Assembly: GCA_031285105.1 (NCBI GenBank)
Contig: JAITWV010000169.1
Span: 1 to 25,197 of the forward strand
Source: Streptococcaceae bacterium
GTDB lineage: Bacteria; Bacillota; Bacilli; Lactobacillales; Streptococcaceae
DNA: 25,197 nt
Reading direction: 5' to 3'
Shown here: piece by piece, positions 6,000 through 15,333 of the stretch
Numbering within the stretch: the stretch's first letter is position 1
How the letters are laid out: every line of letters begins with the position of its first letter
The notes under the pieces: model-generated
Seen by the model: the letters and a program-made list of their open reading frames with translations, nothing else
Database searches by the model: none
What the model was told of the DNA's origin: nothing
Translations under genes and position numbers: made by a program

Positions 6000-6480
6000 T
6001 CAACGAACCGACAACAAGACACCAAAGGTATAGACCTATACACGATGAACGGTAACGCTTGCAGCATGAAAGCAAGCGAACCAATACGCCGCCCAAAAGG
6101 CTTGAAGCGATGCAAGCAATCAAGCAAGGCGAACGAACACGCACCGCAGGCAGCGGGTGGCGTGTGACGTTTGAACGAATCGAAAAGCAATTTGAAAATT
6201 AAAAATTAAAATTTAAAATTGATTTTCAAAATTGAAAAAATGATTGATTTTAAAGGCTATATATTAGTGATGCGCAAGCCTTGCATCTGCATCAAGCGCC
6301 GGCATGAAAGCACACGAACCAACCAGCGACCAACGCGGGCACAGGATCCCAAGCCATTAACGCGCCGGCAAGGCACCAGCAGCGACACGACCGCGCAAGC
6401 ACTGGTAGCAGCTGCCAAGCATCAAGGCGCACGCAATGGATGCAAGCAAATCAAAATAAATTAAAACTGCTGCAAAAAAA
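6000..6480. repeat. noncoding GC-rich/T-poor blocks with direct and inverted repeats flanking an A-tract core
   Basis: 21-bp direct repeat at 6064-6084 / 6302-6322 (19/21 identical); GATGCAAGCAA(A)TCAA at 6109-6123 / 6439-6454; AT-rich core at 6190-6255. Confidence 0.6.
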
Positions 6481-6543
6481 ACACTTAAAAGCGCCCAAAA
6501 ATCACGCAAAAAAGAAAATAAATTGAGTCACTCTATTTATTTC

Positions 6544-6630
6544 ATACCCCCACCCTCTAAATGTTATTTAATACCCATCTTCACAGAACGCCCCCCTCAA
6601 CAAAACACAAAACTCCCTTTTTGAAAAATC
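6544..6630. other. putative cos/packaging initiation region
   Basis: TACCCCCACCC...CAGAACGCCCCCCTC...AAAACTCCCTTTTTGAAAA just upstream of terS resembles the pattern I recognise at cos sites of P27-TerS/HNH Firmicute phages. The exact cut site is not determinable here. Confidence 0.55.
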
Positions 6631-6866
6631 AAAAATGAAAACAAAAGGTTGATTTAACAACGTTTGTTATAGCGAAAGTCTATTTTAACCACTCAATTCA
6701 CCCCCATTCTATATGACAGGAAAAACCACAATGTTATTTAATTGTCAATGGATTTTTTGCAACTAAATAAAATTGTGCTGAGAATTGTATATTTCAGTAC
6801 CCTAAATTTGAAATATCCTATGGGTAACATAACTAAGCGGCAATCGCATCCAAGGAGGTGTGAGTC

Positions 6867-7343
6867 ATGGGAGGTAGAAAAGCACAACCAACTGACTTGT
6901 TACTAGCTAAAGGAAAGAAGCATTTAACGAAAGAAGAAATTCAAGCTCGTAAAAATTCTGAAATCAAAATGCCAAAAATTAGTAAAGTAACAAACCCAAG
7001 CTATTTGAGCAGAAAACAAAAATTAAAATTTTCAACTATTTCAAAACAACTGATAGATTTAGATATTTTTGCACAACTAGATAGAGATCATTTGGCGATG
7101 TACGTTATCGCTCATGAGAAATATTTAGAAGCAACAAAGGCATTAGATGAGTTGGATATTATTAAAGACTTAGGCAATTACACCAAAATTCAGATTATCC
7201 AGGATAAGTTCTTTAAGCAGTGTAAAGGGTTAGCAAGTGATTTAGGGTTAAACATTACCTCACGATGCAAGCTTGTAATTCCTAAACCGCTAGAAAATCC
7301 GAATAAGTCTGAAGAAGAAGAATTGTTTGGAGACGATTTGTAA
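6867..7343 (+). CDS. terS: terminase small subunit, P27 family
   Basis: MGGRKAQP...GKKHLTKEEI N-terminus, LGLNITSRCKL C-terminal motif, SD AAGGAGGTG, TAATG overlap with terL. Confidence 0.92.
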   Translation: MGGRKAQPTDLLLAKGKKHLTKEEIQARKNSEIKMPKISKVTNPSYLSRKQKLKFSTISKQLIDLDIFAQLDRDHLAMYVIAHEKYLEATKALDELDIIKDLGNYTKIQIIQDKFFKQCKGLASDLGLNITSRCKLVIPKPLENPNKSEEEELFGDDL

Positions 7344-9082
7344 TGGTTCAACTAGAAACAGCCAAAGTCTTTGAAATGCGAGATGTTGTCTTAGGTTACT
7401 GTGATGACATTTTAGACGGAACAATTAACGCTGGTGTAAAAGCAAAACAAGCCATTAAACGCTTTTTGAATGATTATGAAAAGTCACTATCTGATGAAAG
7501 TTATCCATATTATATGGACTGGGGAGAACTATACAGGTTTGAAAGATGGTCAAATATGTTCCGGCATACAAAAGGAGTATTAGTTGGCCAAAGAATAAAA
7601 CTTGTTCCTTTCCAATTATGGGTAGCAGGTAATGTCATTGCCTTTAAGAAAAAAGATGATGATACCAGAAGATACGATGAAGCATACATTCAAATCGGAC
7701 GTAAAAATGCGAAGTCTCAATTAATTGCAACAATTGCCTCATATATTGCCTTTTTATCTAAAGAAATAGAAGAAATATACGTTTCGTGCTGGTCAAAGGA
7801 TCAATCAAAACTGGTCTATCAAGAAGTGATCAATCAAGTTAGAAGCGTAAAGATTTTAAAAAATAAATGGAAAGACACGTATTCCACATTCACGGTTCAT
7901 AAAAATGGTTCTATCATTAAGCCGTTATCAAGAGAAGCCAAAAAGACTGGAGAAGGAACGAATCCTTCCGTTGCGATTTTGGATGAGTATAAGGACAACC
8001 AAACGGATGAATTATACGAAGTGCAAAAAACCGGAATGATGGCACGTAAAAACCCACTGTTAATGATTATCACTACAGCTGGGCAATATTTATCTTATCC
8101 ATGCTACCAAACGTATTTAGCTGCAAGTCGCATTCTTGATCCTGAACTAGATGATGAAGATGAAAACATGTTTGTAGCCATATGGGAAGTGGACAAAGGC
8201 GATGACATTAAAGATGAAAAAAACTTCATTAAAGCAAATCCGATTTTGGCCACTTATGAAAAAGGGTTGGAAGCCTTAAGAAGATACTTACGTAAAGCCA
8301 TTTTGCAGCCTGAAAAAATGCGTGGATTCATGACGAAAAATCTAAACATGTGGGTGGATATGGCTCGTGAAGGTTTTATGAACATGAATAAGTGGAATCA
8401 AAGCATGTTTGAGTCAGACAAACCATTCATTGAAATTTTAAAGGAGTTAGTGATTGACGGATGGAAAATCTTCATTGGTGCCGACCTTTCAATGACGACA
8501 GACTTAACTTCTTTAGGCATTGTAGCGGTAAAAGATAAGAAGTATCAAGTATTCCAACACTCATTCATTCCTGAAGAACGTTTTGAAGAAAGAATGAACA
8601 CAGATAAAGTACGGTTTGATTTATGGAAAGAAGAAGGCTATTTGACGGTAACGCCAGGTAGCACGGTGGATTATTTCTACATTCTTAAATTCATTGAAGA
8701 CATTTTCAAAGTTATTCCGGTACGTGAATTTATTTATGACAAGATGAATGCGACTATGCTTGCTTCAGCTGTCACAAAGTTAGGGATTCCAGCCATTGAA
8801 ATGCCACAAAATTACTCACACTTATCTCTTCCTACCAAGGAATTTAGAGATTGTGTCTATAACGGACTGCTCACCTGGTTGAAGGATAGTCTACTGAAAT
8901 GGGCTATAGGTAATGCAGTCTTAAAAACGGATGAGTATGAAAATATTCAATTAAGCAAACGCATCAGTCGTGAACGAATCGACCCGGCCGCTGCAGTAAT
9001 TTTCGCTTTTGCACGTGCAATGGTGGTGGATCAAAACCTAGATATTAACGAAAGAATACTAAGTGAAGGGTTTGGTTTTTAA
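7343..9082 (+). CDS. terL: terminase large subunit (Terminase_1, cos-type)
   Basis: Walker A GRKNAKS, Walker B AILDEY, nuclease GADLSMTTDLTS and RIDPAAA; 579 aa. Confidence 0.96.
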   Translation: MVQLETAKVFEMRDVVLGYCDDILDGTINAGVKAKQAIKRFLNDYEKSLSDESYPYYMDWGELYRFERWSNMFRHTKGVLVGQRIKLVPFQLWVAGNVIAFKKKDDDTRRYDEAYIQIGRKNAKSQLIATIASYIAFLSKEIEEIYVSCWSKDQSKLVYQEVINQVRSVKILKNKWKDTYSTFTVHKNGSIIKPLSREAKKTGEGTNPSVAILDEYKDNQTDELYEVQKTGMMARKNPLLMIITTAGQYLSYPCYQTYLAASRILDPELDDEDENMFVAIWEVDKGDDIKDEKNFIKANPILATYEKGLEALRRYLRKAILQPEKMRGFMTKNLNMWVDMAREGFMNMNKWNQSMFESDKPFIEILKELVIDGWKIFIGADLSMTTDLTSLGIVAVKDKKYQVFQHSFIPEERFEERMNTDKVRFDLWKEEGYLTVTPGSTVDYFYILKFIEDIFKVIPVREFIYDKMNATMLASAVTKLGIPAIEMPQNYSHLSLPTKEFRDCVYNGLLTWLKDSLLKWAIGNAVLKTDEYENIQLSKRISRERIDPAAAVIFAFARAMVVDQNLDINERILSEGFGF

Positions 9083-9083
9083 A

Positions 9084-9419
9084 ATGGAATTTATTTATTT
9101 ACCTGATAAAAAAATTGGGGTTGTGGCAATGCCTTGGGAGATTTATCAAACACAAGAACCGATGATAAAAAACCTCAAAGCAGATTGGGAGGAAACGTTT
9201 GGATGCAAAGTAACCGTTGTTCCAGGTGATTTCAAAATTGCTCCTAAGACAACAGATGAGATTTCTGCTACAGAATTACCGAAAGGAGAATCGTTTGAAT
9301 ATGAAGACTACTACCGTCAAGGAAAAATCGTCGAAAGAGAAATCTATATTCCGAAAGAAATTTTGGGAGAAATCTACAACAAAGAAATCTCAACGACGCT
9401 CATTCTTAAGGAAAATTGA
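9084..9419 (+). CDS. hypothetical protein (111 aa) inserted between terL and portal
   Basis: ATG 9084 directly after the terL stop; protein-like composition; overlaps the next ORF in another frame. Confidence 0.6.
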   Translation: MEFIYLPDKKIGVVAMPWEIYQTQEPMIKNLKADWEETFGCKVTVVPGDFKIAPKTTDEISATELPKGESFEYEDYYRQGKIVEREIYIPKEILGEIYNKEISTTLILKEN

Positions 9420-9579
9420 TCCTCCTGATTTTTTATTAACTGTAGGAATCGTCTTAGTATCAATCGCTTCTTTCTTACTGCATACAATTGCTGGCTTATA
9501 TATTACTGGGGGCATGTTTATTGTCCTGGCACTTATCCTAGCAAGTATTCCAACACAAAAAGAAGAAGGTGATGAATAA
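9295..9579 (+). CDS. small two-TM protein of the kind commonly found upstream of HK97-type portals; start uncertain
   Basis: C-terminal PDFLLTVGIVLVSIASFLLHTIAGLYITGGMFIVLALILA hairpin; TAATG-coupled to portal. SD AAAGGAG 6 nt before TTG 9295, ATG at 9301. Confidence 0.65.
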   Translation: MNMKTTTVKEKSSKEKSIFRKKFWEKSTTKKSQRRSFLRKIDPPDFLLTVGIVLVSIASFLLHTIAGLYITGGMFIVLALILASIPTQKEEGDE

Positions 9580-10835
9580 TGCTACGACAAGCAATGAATA
9601 AAGCAACAGTAACTTTAAGTATTAACGATGAAAAAGGCTGGTTGAAAATTTTAGGCAACCCAAAAAATCGCAAAAAGAACATAACAAAAAGTAATGCACA
9701 TATTTTTGAAGATGTTTATGCGTGTGTAAATATCCTCTCAGATGATTTTTCTAAGCTTCCATTACGTGTTTTTGAAAGGAAAGAAGATGAAGTTTCTAGG
9801 CTACGTCGTAAAAGCCATGAGATTGTTTATCTTTTATCTAAACGGCCAAACCAAAATATGACTTCAATTGTTTGGCGCAAGCTGATTGAAGTGGATCTTT
9901 GCTTTATGGGTAATCACTTCACAGAAATTGTGCGCGATAAAAATGGCGATATTTTAAGTCTTGAACCAAAAACTGAAGCTGTAACGATGAAAATAACTGA
10001 AGAAGGGTTAGTGCTTTATGAGGTAACAGAACAAGGAAAAATCAGAACGATTCCTGGCTTTAACATGCTACATTTCAAAGGATTTACTCGTGATGGTTTG
10101 ATTGGAAGAACGCCACTTCAAGTATTTAAAGAACGCGCTGAGGCAAATCAGTTGGCATCAGACCACAATACAAAAATGTTAGAAAATGGCGGAACGCCTC
10201 ATGGTTTACTTACCGTAGAAGGTCAAGTAAATGCGCAAGCTCGTGAAATTGTTAAAGAAGAGTGGAAAAAAGTCCAGGGCACAGACAACATTGCTGTAAT
10301 TGATAGTGGCTTAAAATTCCAAAACTTAGGTATCACCCATCAAGACATGCAATTTATTGAAAGTCAAAAATTCAACTTACAAATGATTGCCGCCATCTAT
10401 AAGGTGCCACTTCATAAATTAAATGAAATGGGACGTGCAACTTATGCCAACGTAGAACAACAGTCATTAGATTATGTAAAAAATACACTCTTACCAAAGG
10501 CGACAAATTTTGAACAAGAAATTGACATCAAAATACTAGAACCTTTAGCCCAAATCAACAGAAGAGAAGAATGGTATTGCAAGTTAAACATGGACGTCGA
10601 GTTGCGTGCAGACAGCAAGACCAGAGCAGAAGTAGAAGAAATTCAGATTCGCTCAAGCACCTTAACGATTAATGAGGCAAGGATTGCAAATGAACGCTCG
10701 CCGCTTGAAGGCGATATTGGTAAACGTGCATTAGTAACCAAAAATTACACGTACCTAGATTTATTAGATGCTCTTGCTGAAGCGCAAATAAAACGAGCGG
10801 AAAAAGGAGGAGTCAACATTGTCGAAAAAGATTAA
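9579..10835 (+). CDS. portal protein, HK97 family
   Basis: VYACVNILSDDFSKLPL, MLHFKGFTRDGLIGRTPL, IAAIYKVPLHKL, ATYANVEQQ, TINEARIANE motifs. Confidence 0.95.
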   Translation: MLRQAMNKATVTLSINDEKGWLKILGNPKNRKKNITKSNAHIFEDVYACVNILSDDFSKLPLRVFERKEDEVSRLRRKSHEIVYLLSKRPNQNMTSIVWRKLIEVDLCFMGNHFTEIVRDKNGDILSLEPKTEAVTMKITEEGLVLYEVTEQGKIRTIPGFNMLHFKGFTRDGLIGRTPLQVFKERAEANQLASDHNTKMLENGGTPHGLLTVEGQVNAQAREIVKEEWKKVQGTDNIAVIDSGLKFQNLGITHQDMQFIESQKFNLQMIAAIYKVPLHKLNEMGRATYANVEQQSLDYVKNTLLPKATNFEQEIDIKILEPLAQINRREEWYCKLNMDVELRADSKTRAEVEEIQIRSSTLTINEARIANERSPLEGDIGKRALVTKNYTYLDLLDALAEAQIKRAEKGGVNIVEKD

Positions 10836-11580
10836 ACAAACGTCAAAAAACAAACGATTTTACCGTATGCAAGCGACAACAAAAAATACAGCAGAAATCT
10901 ATATTTACGACCAAGTAGTTACAGCTGGTTGGGAATGGGGTGCAGAACAGTCTGCTGTAACCTTTCAAGAAGATTTAGCAAGACTTGGCGATGAAGTAGA
11001 AACGATTCACCTTCATATTAATTCACCAGGTGGTGCTGTATTTGAAGGAATCACAATCGCTAATTTATTAAAAGCGCATGATGCCAAAGTAATTGCCTAC
11101 ATCGACGGATTAGCCGCAAGTATTGCAAGTGTCATTGCTGTATGTGCAGATGAAGTCATTATGGGCGAAGGAACATTTTTCATGATTCACCATCCATGGT
11201 TGTTTACATGGGGGGATGCAAATGCCTTAAGAAAAGATGCCGACATGTTAGATAAAGTCTCAAGTCAAATGCAAGCACTGTATTTGGCCAAGACGGGTGA
11301 AAAATGTTCTTCAGAAAGGCTTGTGGAAATGCTAGATGAAGAAACATGGCTCACCGCTACAGAAGCATTAGAGTTAGGTTTCGTTGATAGCATTGTTGAA
11401 ACTTCTCAAGTAGCTGCAAGCGTCAATGATATTGCCTTTGCTCGATTTAAAAATATTCCAGAAGCTTTAAAACAAAGTGGAGAACCAAAAGCAGAACCAT
11501 TACAACCCAAAGCTACTCCAGCAGATTCTTCAAAAAATCTACTGAAAGCAAAAATAAAAATTATGAAAGAAGGTACCTGA
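10819..11580 (+). CDS. ClpP-like (S14) head maturation protease
   Basis: HINSPGGAVFEG, AASIASVI (catalytic Ser), MIHHPW, DEETWLTATEALELGFVD. TTG start with SD AAGGAGG. Confidence 0.95.
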   Translation: MSKKIKQTSKNKRFYRMQATTKNTAEIYIYDQVVTAGWEWGAEQSAVTFQEDLARLGDEVETIHLHINSPGGAVFEGITIANLLKAHDAKVIAYIDGLAASIASVIAVCADEVIMGEGTFFMIHHPWLFTWGDANALRKDADMLDKVSSQMQALYLAKTGEKCSSERLVEMLDEETWLTATEALELGFVDSIVETSQVAASVNDIAFARFKNIPEALKQSGEPKAEPLQPKATPADSSKNLLKAKIKIMKEGT

Positions 11581-11581
11581 T

Positions 11582-12805
11582 ATGCCATTAATGAACTCGC
11601 AACAAGCGCACGATAATTGGATTACTCAAGGTCAAAAAGTAAGTGATCAACAAGCAAATTTGCAAACAATGCTTCTTGATGATGAAACAACCAAGGAACA
11701 AATTAATTCAGAAAATGAAAAATTAAAGGATCTGACAGCCAAACGTGACATTGCTAAAGAAGTGTATGAAACAACTTTAGCAGATGAATTAGCAAATGCT
11801 CAAAAGCAAAACGGAGCAAAAGCTAAAAATATCGACCCTGAAGGCGAAGATGAAAGTTTGATGTTTGCCAAAAACTTCTTAGCCTATGTGAATGATCCAA
11901 TCGGATTTAAGCAATCACCAAACGCTTTAGTATCCGGTGAAGAAGACGATGAAGGCAATTGGTCTTTGACTATTCCAGAAGACATTCGCACAGCCATTAA
12001 TCTTTTGCGTCGACGCTTTGATACGATTGAACGCTTGGTACGAACGGAAACAACATCAGTTAGAGCTGGTTCACGCGTATGGGAAAAACTTTCGGATGTT
12101 ACGCCGTTGATTGAATTAGACACTGAAGATGCAACGATTCCAGAAATGGACACACCAGAACTTGCAGTCATTAAATATTTAATCAAGCGTTACGGTGGCA
12201 TTTTAACTCTAACAAATACGCTGTTAAAAGATACAGCTGAAAACTTAATTAGTTATTTGAACAGATGGATTTCAAGAAAAGTATCTGTTACACGCAACGC
12301 AAAAATCTTAGCAACCATCGACAAATTACCAACGAAACAAAAGAAAGTAATTTCTACTGTGGATGAGATCAAAACAATTACGAATATCAATTTAGATCCA
12401 GCATTAGCAGAAACAGCTATTTATCTGACGAATCAGTCTGGATTTGATGTATTAGACCGTGTGAAACGCTCAGATGGTTCTTACTTATTGCAACCAGATA
12501 TCAAAGAACCAACACAAATGCGTTTACGTGGGAAGTCAGTGGTTGTTGTTACGGATAAAGCCTTGCCATCAAAAGAAGGAAAACACCCATTAATTATTGG
12601 TGACTTACAAGAAGCTATTACATTATTTGACCGTGAGCATATGTCTATCTTAGCAACAAATATTGGTGCGGGTGCATTTGAAACGGATACAACGAAAATT
12701 CGAGTAATTGATCGTTTTGACGTCGTAATGGTAGATGATGAAGCAATTTTCCGCGCAGAATTTAGTGCAATTGAAGATGAAACACCAGTAACACCTGAAC
12801 CTTAG
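11582..12805 (+). CDS. major capsid protein, HK97 fold, with N-terminal coiled-coil delta domain
   Basis: TIPEDIRTAI, GGILTLTNTLLKDTAENL, NQSGFDVLDRVKRSDGSYLLQPD, IGDLQEA, RVIDRFDV motifs; follows the protease. Confidence 0.95.
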   Translation: MPLMNSQQAHDNWITQGQKVSDQQANLQTMLLDDETTKEQINSENEKLKDLTAKRDIAKEVYETTLADELANAQKQNGAKAKNIDPEGEDESLMFAKNFLAYVNDPIGFKQSPNALVSGEEDDEGNWSLTIPEDIRTAINLLRRRFDTIERLVRTETTSVRAGSRVWEKLSDVTPLIELDTEDATIPEMDTPELAVIKYLIKRYGGILTLTNTLLKDTAENLISYLNRWISRKVSVTRNAKILATIDKLPTKQKKVISTVDEIKTITNINLDPALAETAIYLTNQSGFDVLDRVKRSDGSYLLQPDIKEPTQMRLRGKSVVVVTDKALPSKEGKHPLIIGDLQEAITLFDREHMSILATNIGAGAFETDTTKIRVIDRFDVVMVDDEAIFRAEFSAIEDETPVTPEP

Positions 12806-12824
12806 AACCAAGGAGGCGTAAACC

Positions 12825-13163
12825 ATGTCTAATAATTTAGCAAACAAGCTCGCTGAAAAAGAAGCACAAAAACAATTTGACGACATGGTTGCAGCTGCCA
12901 TGTTTGATTTAAAAGTCGATGAAGATGCACAACCAACTATCGAGCGTTATGTAAAAACAGCAATTGCGATGTTAAAAGAGGTCAATGCGTATTACCCTAA
13001 AAATGACATTTTCCTCACGACCGTCATTATGATTGTTGGCTTATTGCACGATAACCGAGACGGCGTTTTCTCTAAAGACCCTTCCATGCACACAGCCCCA
13101 TTTTCTTTAAAGGCAATGATTAATATCTTGCGCTACAAACCAAAGGAGGTGCCGGATGTCTGA
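12825..13163 (+). CDS. head-tail connector, HK97 gp6/SPP1 gp15-like
   Basis: LKVDED...I..YVKTA...LLHDNR...SLKAMINILR pattern; directly after the capsid gene. Confidence 0.8.
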   Translation: MSNNLANKLAEKEAQKQFDDMVAAAMFDLKVDEDAQPTIERYVKTAIAMLKEVNAYYPKNDIFLTTVIMIVGLLHDNRDGVFSKDPSMHTAPFSLKAMINILRYKPKEVPDV

Positions 13164-13521
13164 TTATAAACGAGTCAGAATTGGTGAATTGAACAAGCAT
13201 ATTCAATTTCTCATGATTGATCCCGAAAATCCATTAATTGAAACAGATAGCGGAATGAACACTAGAAATTACATTCCAGCATTCAGACGTTGGTGCAAAG
13301 TAAAAGATGTGGTTAATTTATACGGACTAGATGAAAGCATGGAAAATGATGCGATTCGTTCAAGGAAAAAAGTCCGATTGTATTGTCGCTACACAGAAAA
13401 AATCACACACGATATGCAATTTATCTACAAAGGGGAAACGTATGAAATTTCTCTTTTGGGTGATAAGCATGGCGATGGTTGGGAGTTACAAATCATGGGT
13501 GTGGTGTTTGCGAATGGGTGA
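13156..13521 (+). CDS. head closure/head-tail adaptor, SPP1 gp16-like
   Basis: RIGELNKHIQF, WCKV, RYTEKITHDMQFIYKGETYEI motifs; synteny. Confidence 0.8.
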   Translation: MSDYKRVRIGELNKHIQFLMIDPENPLIETDSGMNTRNYIPAFRRWCKVKDVVNLYGLDESMENDAIRSRKKVRLYCRYTEKITHDMQFIYKGETYEISLLGDKHGDGWELQIMGVVFANG

Positions 13522-13951
13522 TGTATTCGAGTTAGACGTGCATCCTTGGATAAAAGAGCTAGAAAGGTTTGGAAAAGTAACGCCAGGTGCTGAAAGAGAA
13601 GCCATCCAAGCTGGAGGAGAACGATTCAAGGACAGACTTCAAAGAAATACACCCATTGGTAATGACTACCGTTCGAGTATGAATGGATTGAAAATGCACC
13701 AAGATATCGACTTATCTAATATTTTAAAAGATGGCGCAGGTCTAGCATTAGGAGACTTGGCCGTAAAGGTTGGTTATGTAAAAGGGGGAAGACAGCATAC
13801 CGCATGGCGTGCGCATTTTCCAGAATTTGGCACCAGCTATCAAAGACCCCAAGGATTTACTCAACGGACTGTTCAACAAGCCGAAAAGGAAATCTTACAA
13901 ATCATGGGGGAAGTATGGCTTGAAAAAATGGCAATAAAGGGGCATTTATAA
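13514..13951 (+). CDS. HK97 gp10-family tail completion protein
   Basis: Likely start ATG 13514 (MGDVFELD), internal to track ORF 13331. WRAHFPEFGTSYQRPQGF motif. Confidence 0.85.
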   Translation: MGDVFELDVHPWIKELERFGKVTPGAEREAIQAGGERFKDRLQRNTPIGNDYRSSMNGLKMHQDIDLSNILKDGAGLALGDLAVKVGYVKGGRQHTAWRAHFPEFGTSYQRPQGFTQRTVQQAEKEILQIMGEVWLEKMAIKGHL

Positions 13952-14320
13952 ATGATTATCTCAGAAGCAAAAAAAATTAAGAGTAACTTCTTAGCAAACG
14001 AATTATTAAAAAACTGGGTAGCAAAATTTAAAGGGATCCCAAATATTGCCATTGAAATGGCCGAGGGAGAACTTCCTCACATTGTTATAAAAGAAATTGA
14101 AAATTATCCAGATTTACATGCAGACGATGAGGAATATTCAACTATTCTCACGTATCAAATTAATCTGACTTCAAAAAATGGCGATCATTTCAATGCAATG
14201 CAAGCCGTTCATGAAGAAATGATTGCACTAGGTTATACACGCCTAGCAATTTCACCAGCAATCCCAAACACCAAAACCAAAGAAATAGAAAAACAATTAG
14301 TCTATTCGCAATGTTTATAG
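13952..14320 (+). CDS. putative tail terminator protein
   Basis: Position before the major tail gene. PHIVIKEIEN.PD.HADDEE...YQINL pattern; 122 aa. Confidence 0.7.
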   Translation: MIISEAKKIKSNFLANELLKNWVAKFKGIPNIAIEMAEGELPHIVIKEIENYPDLHADDEEYSTILTYQINLTSKNGDHFNAMQAVHEEMIALGYTRLAISPAIPNTKTKEIEKQLVYSQCL

Positions 14321-14359
14321 ATTAGTAAAAACAAAAATTGTAGAAAGAGGTAAAAAACC

Positions 14360-14950
14360 ATGCCAAGAATTGGAGTACGTGATTTATTTGTAGCCAAAGT
14401 TACTGCAGATACACCGCTAACTTATACGACAGCAACCGCGCCAAAGCGTTTAGCCAAAGCGATTCAATTGGATATTAATCCAACAACTGTCACCGCTGAA
14501 TTATATGCAGATGATGGTTTGGATGAAAAAGAATCATCTCTTGTAGGAATGGATATTTCATTAAATGCAAATGACATCGCACCAGGGATGGATGCCTATT
14601 TACTAGGGAAAAAACAAGATGAAAACGGTGCAGTTATTGATAGTAAAGATGATCAAGCGCCTGTAGTAGCGTTAATGTTTAAAGCGCCTCTATCTGAAAA
14701 AGCTGGTGGAGGTTTTGAGTATCGAGTTTTATATTGCATGAAGTTTGAACCATACTCAGAGACTTTCCAAAGCAAAGGGGAGAATCTTACTTTCCAAACA
14801 CCAACAATCACAGGAAAAGCAATTGCTCGTGAAAAAGACGGTGCTTTCCAAAACAAGTTGCGCATTCCAAATGATGCGGAAAATGATTTGAAATCAATCG
14901 CTGAGACATGGTTCACGAAACCTTATGAACCAACTGGAAGCAGCACATAA
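14360..14950 (+). CDS. major tail protein, phi13 family
   Basis: IGVRDLFVAK, AELYADDG, VALMFKA, TFQTPTITGKA motifs. No Ig extension or slippery end seen. Confidence 0.9.
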   Translation: MPRIGVRDLFVAKVTADTPLTYTTATAPKRLAKAIQLDINPTTVTAELYADDGLDEKESSLVGMDISLNANDIAPGMDAYLLGKKQDENGAVIDSKDDQAPVVALMFKAPLSEKAGGGFEYRVLYCMKFEPYSETFQSKGENLTFQTPTITGKAIAREKDGAFQNKLRIPNDAENDLKSIAETWFTKPYEPTGSST

Positions 14951-14963
14951 ACACACGTTTTTT

Positions 14964-14996
14964 AAGAAAGCGACGTTTGATCGCCGCTTTCTTTTT
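14964..14996 (+). terminator. intrinsic terminator after the major tail gene
   Basis: AAGAAAGCG (14964-14972) / CGCTTTCTT (14985-14993) followed by a T-run. Confidence 0.7.
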
Positions 14997-15024
14997 GTAC
15001 ATATACCAGAAAGGAAGAGTGATT

Positions 15025-15333
15025 ATGGAACTCATTTTAAAAATTAATGGCAAGAAAAAAACATTTAAAAATAAAAAAATTAGCATTGGATTGTTCCGAC
15101 GTGCGTTAGAAATCACCGAAAAAATTAACTCAAAAAAAATCGAAAATGATTTATCTGTTTTGGAAGAGTACCACGAGATATCAGGGCTTATTTGTGAATA
15201 TTTTGGTGTCACAAAGGAAGAATTTGAGGATGGTTATTTTGTCGAGGATGGCAATGAGTTTTACACTTTCTTCTTTTCTGTCTTAGGGAATATCCAAAGC
15301 AACAACGGAAAAAATAGCGCTGAAAAAAAATAG
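15025..15333 (+). CDS. tail assembly chaperone (gpG-like, 102 aa)
   Basis: SD before ATG 15025 (MELILKING); lies between MTP and TMP; ends in GAA AAA AAA TAG. Confidence 0.85.
   Translation: MELILKINGKKKTFKNKKISIGLFRRALEITEKINSKKIENDLSVLEEYHEISGLICEYFGVTKEEFEDGYFVEDGNEFYTFFFSVLGNIQSNNGKNSAEKK

Noticed and set aside
5978-6464. ORFs 5978..6190 (-) and 6219..6464 (+)
   Set aside because: No SD, atypical composition. The + frame stays open mainly because the strand is T-poor and so has few stops. Treated as noncoding, though not proven.
6000-6480. CRISPR array, tRNA, or Chi-site cluster protecting the genome end
   Set aside because: Repeats are only two-copy and irregularly spaced; no cloverleaf seen. 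Only one AGCGG (6152-6156) lies in the relevant orientation, and the host Chi sequence is unknown.
3770-6540. IS, integrative element or satellite as the origin of the antisense cassette
   Set aside because: No transposase or integrase. The only flanking similarity is GCAAAAAAA (3787 and 6472), which is low complexity.
7690-7720. TerL Walker A variant GRKNAKS
   Set aside because: The Ala variant is common in Firmicute Terminase_1 proteins and is not evidence of inactivation.
12780-14950. Frameshift or readthrough Ig-domain extensions of capsid or major tail proteins
   Set aside because: No slippery site before either stop, and no room for an extension before the next gene or terminator.
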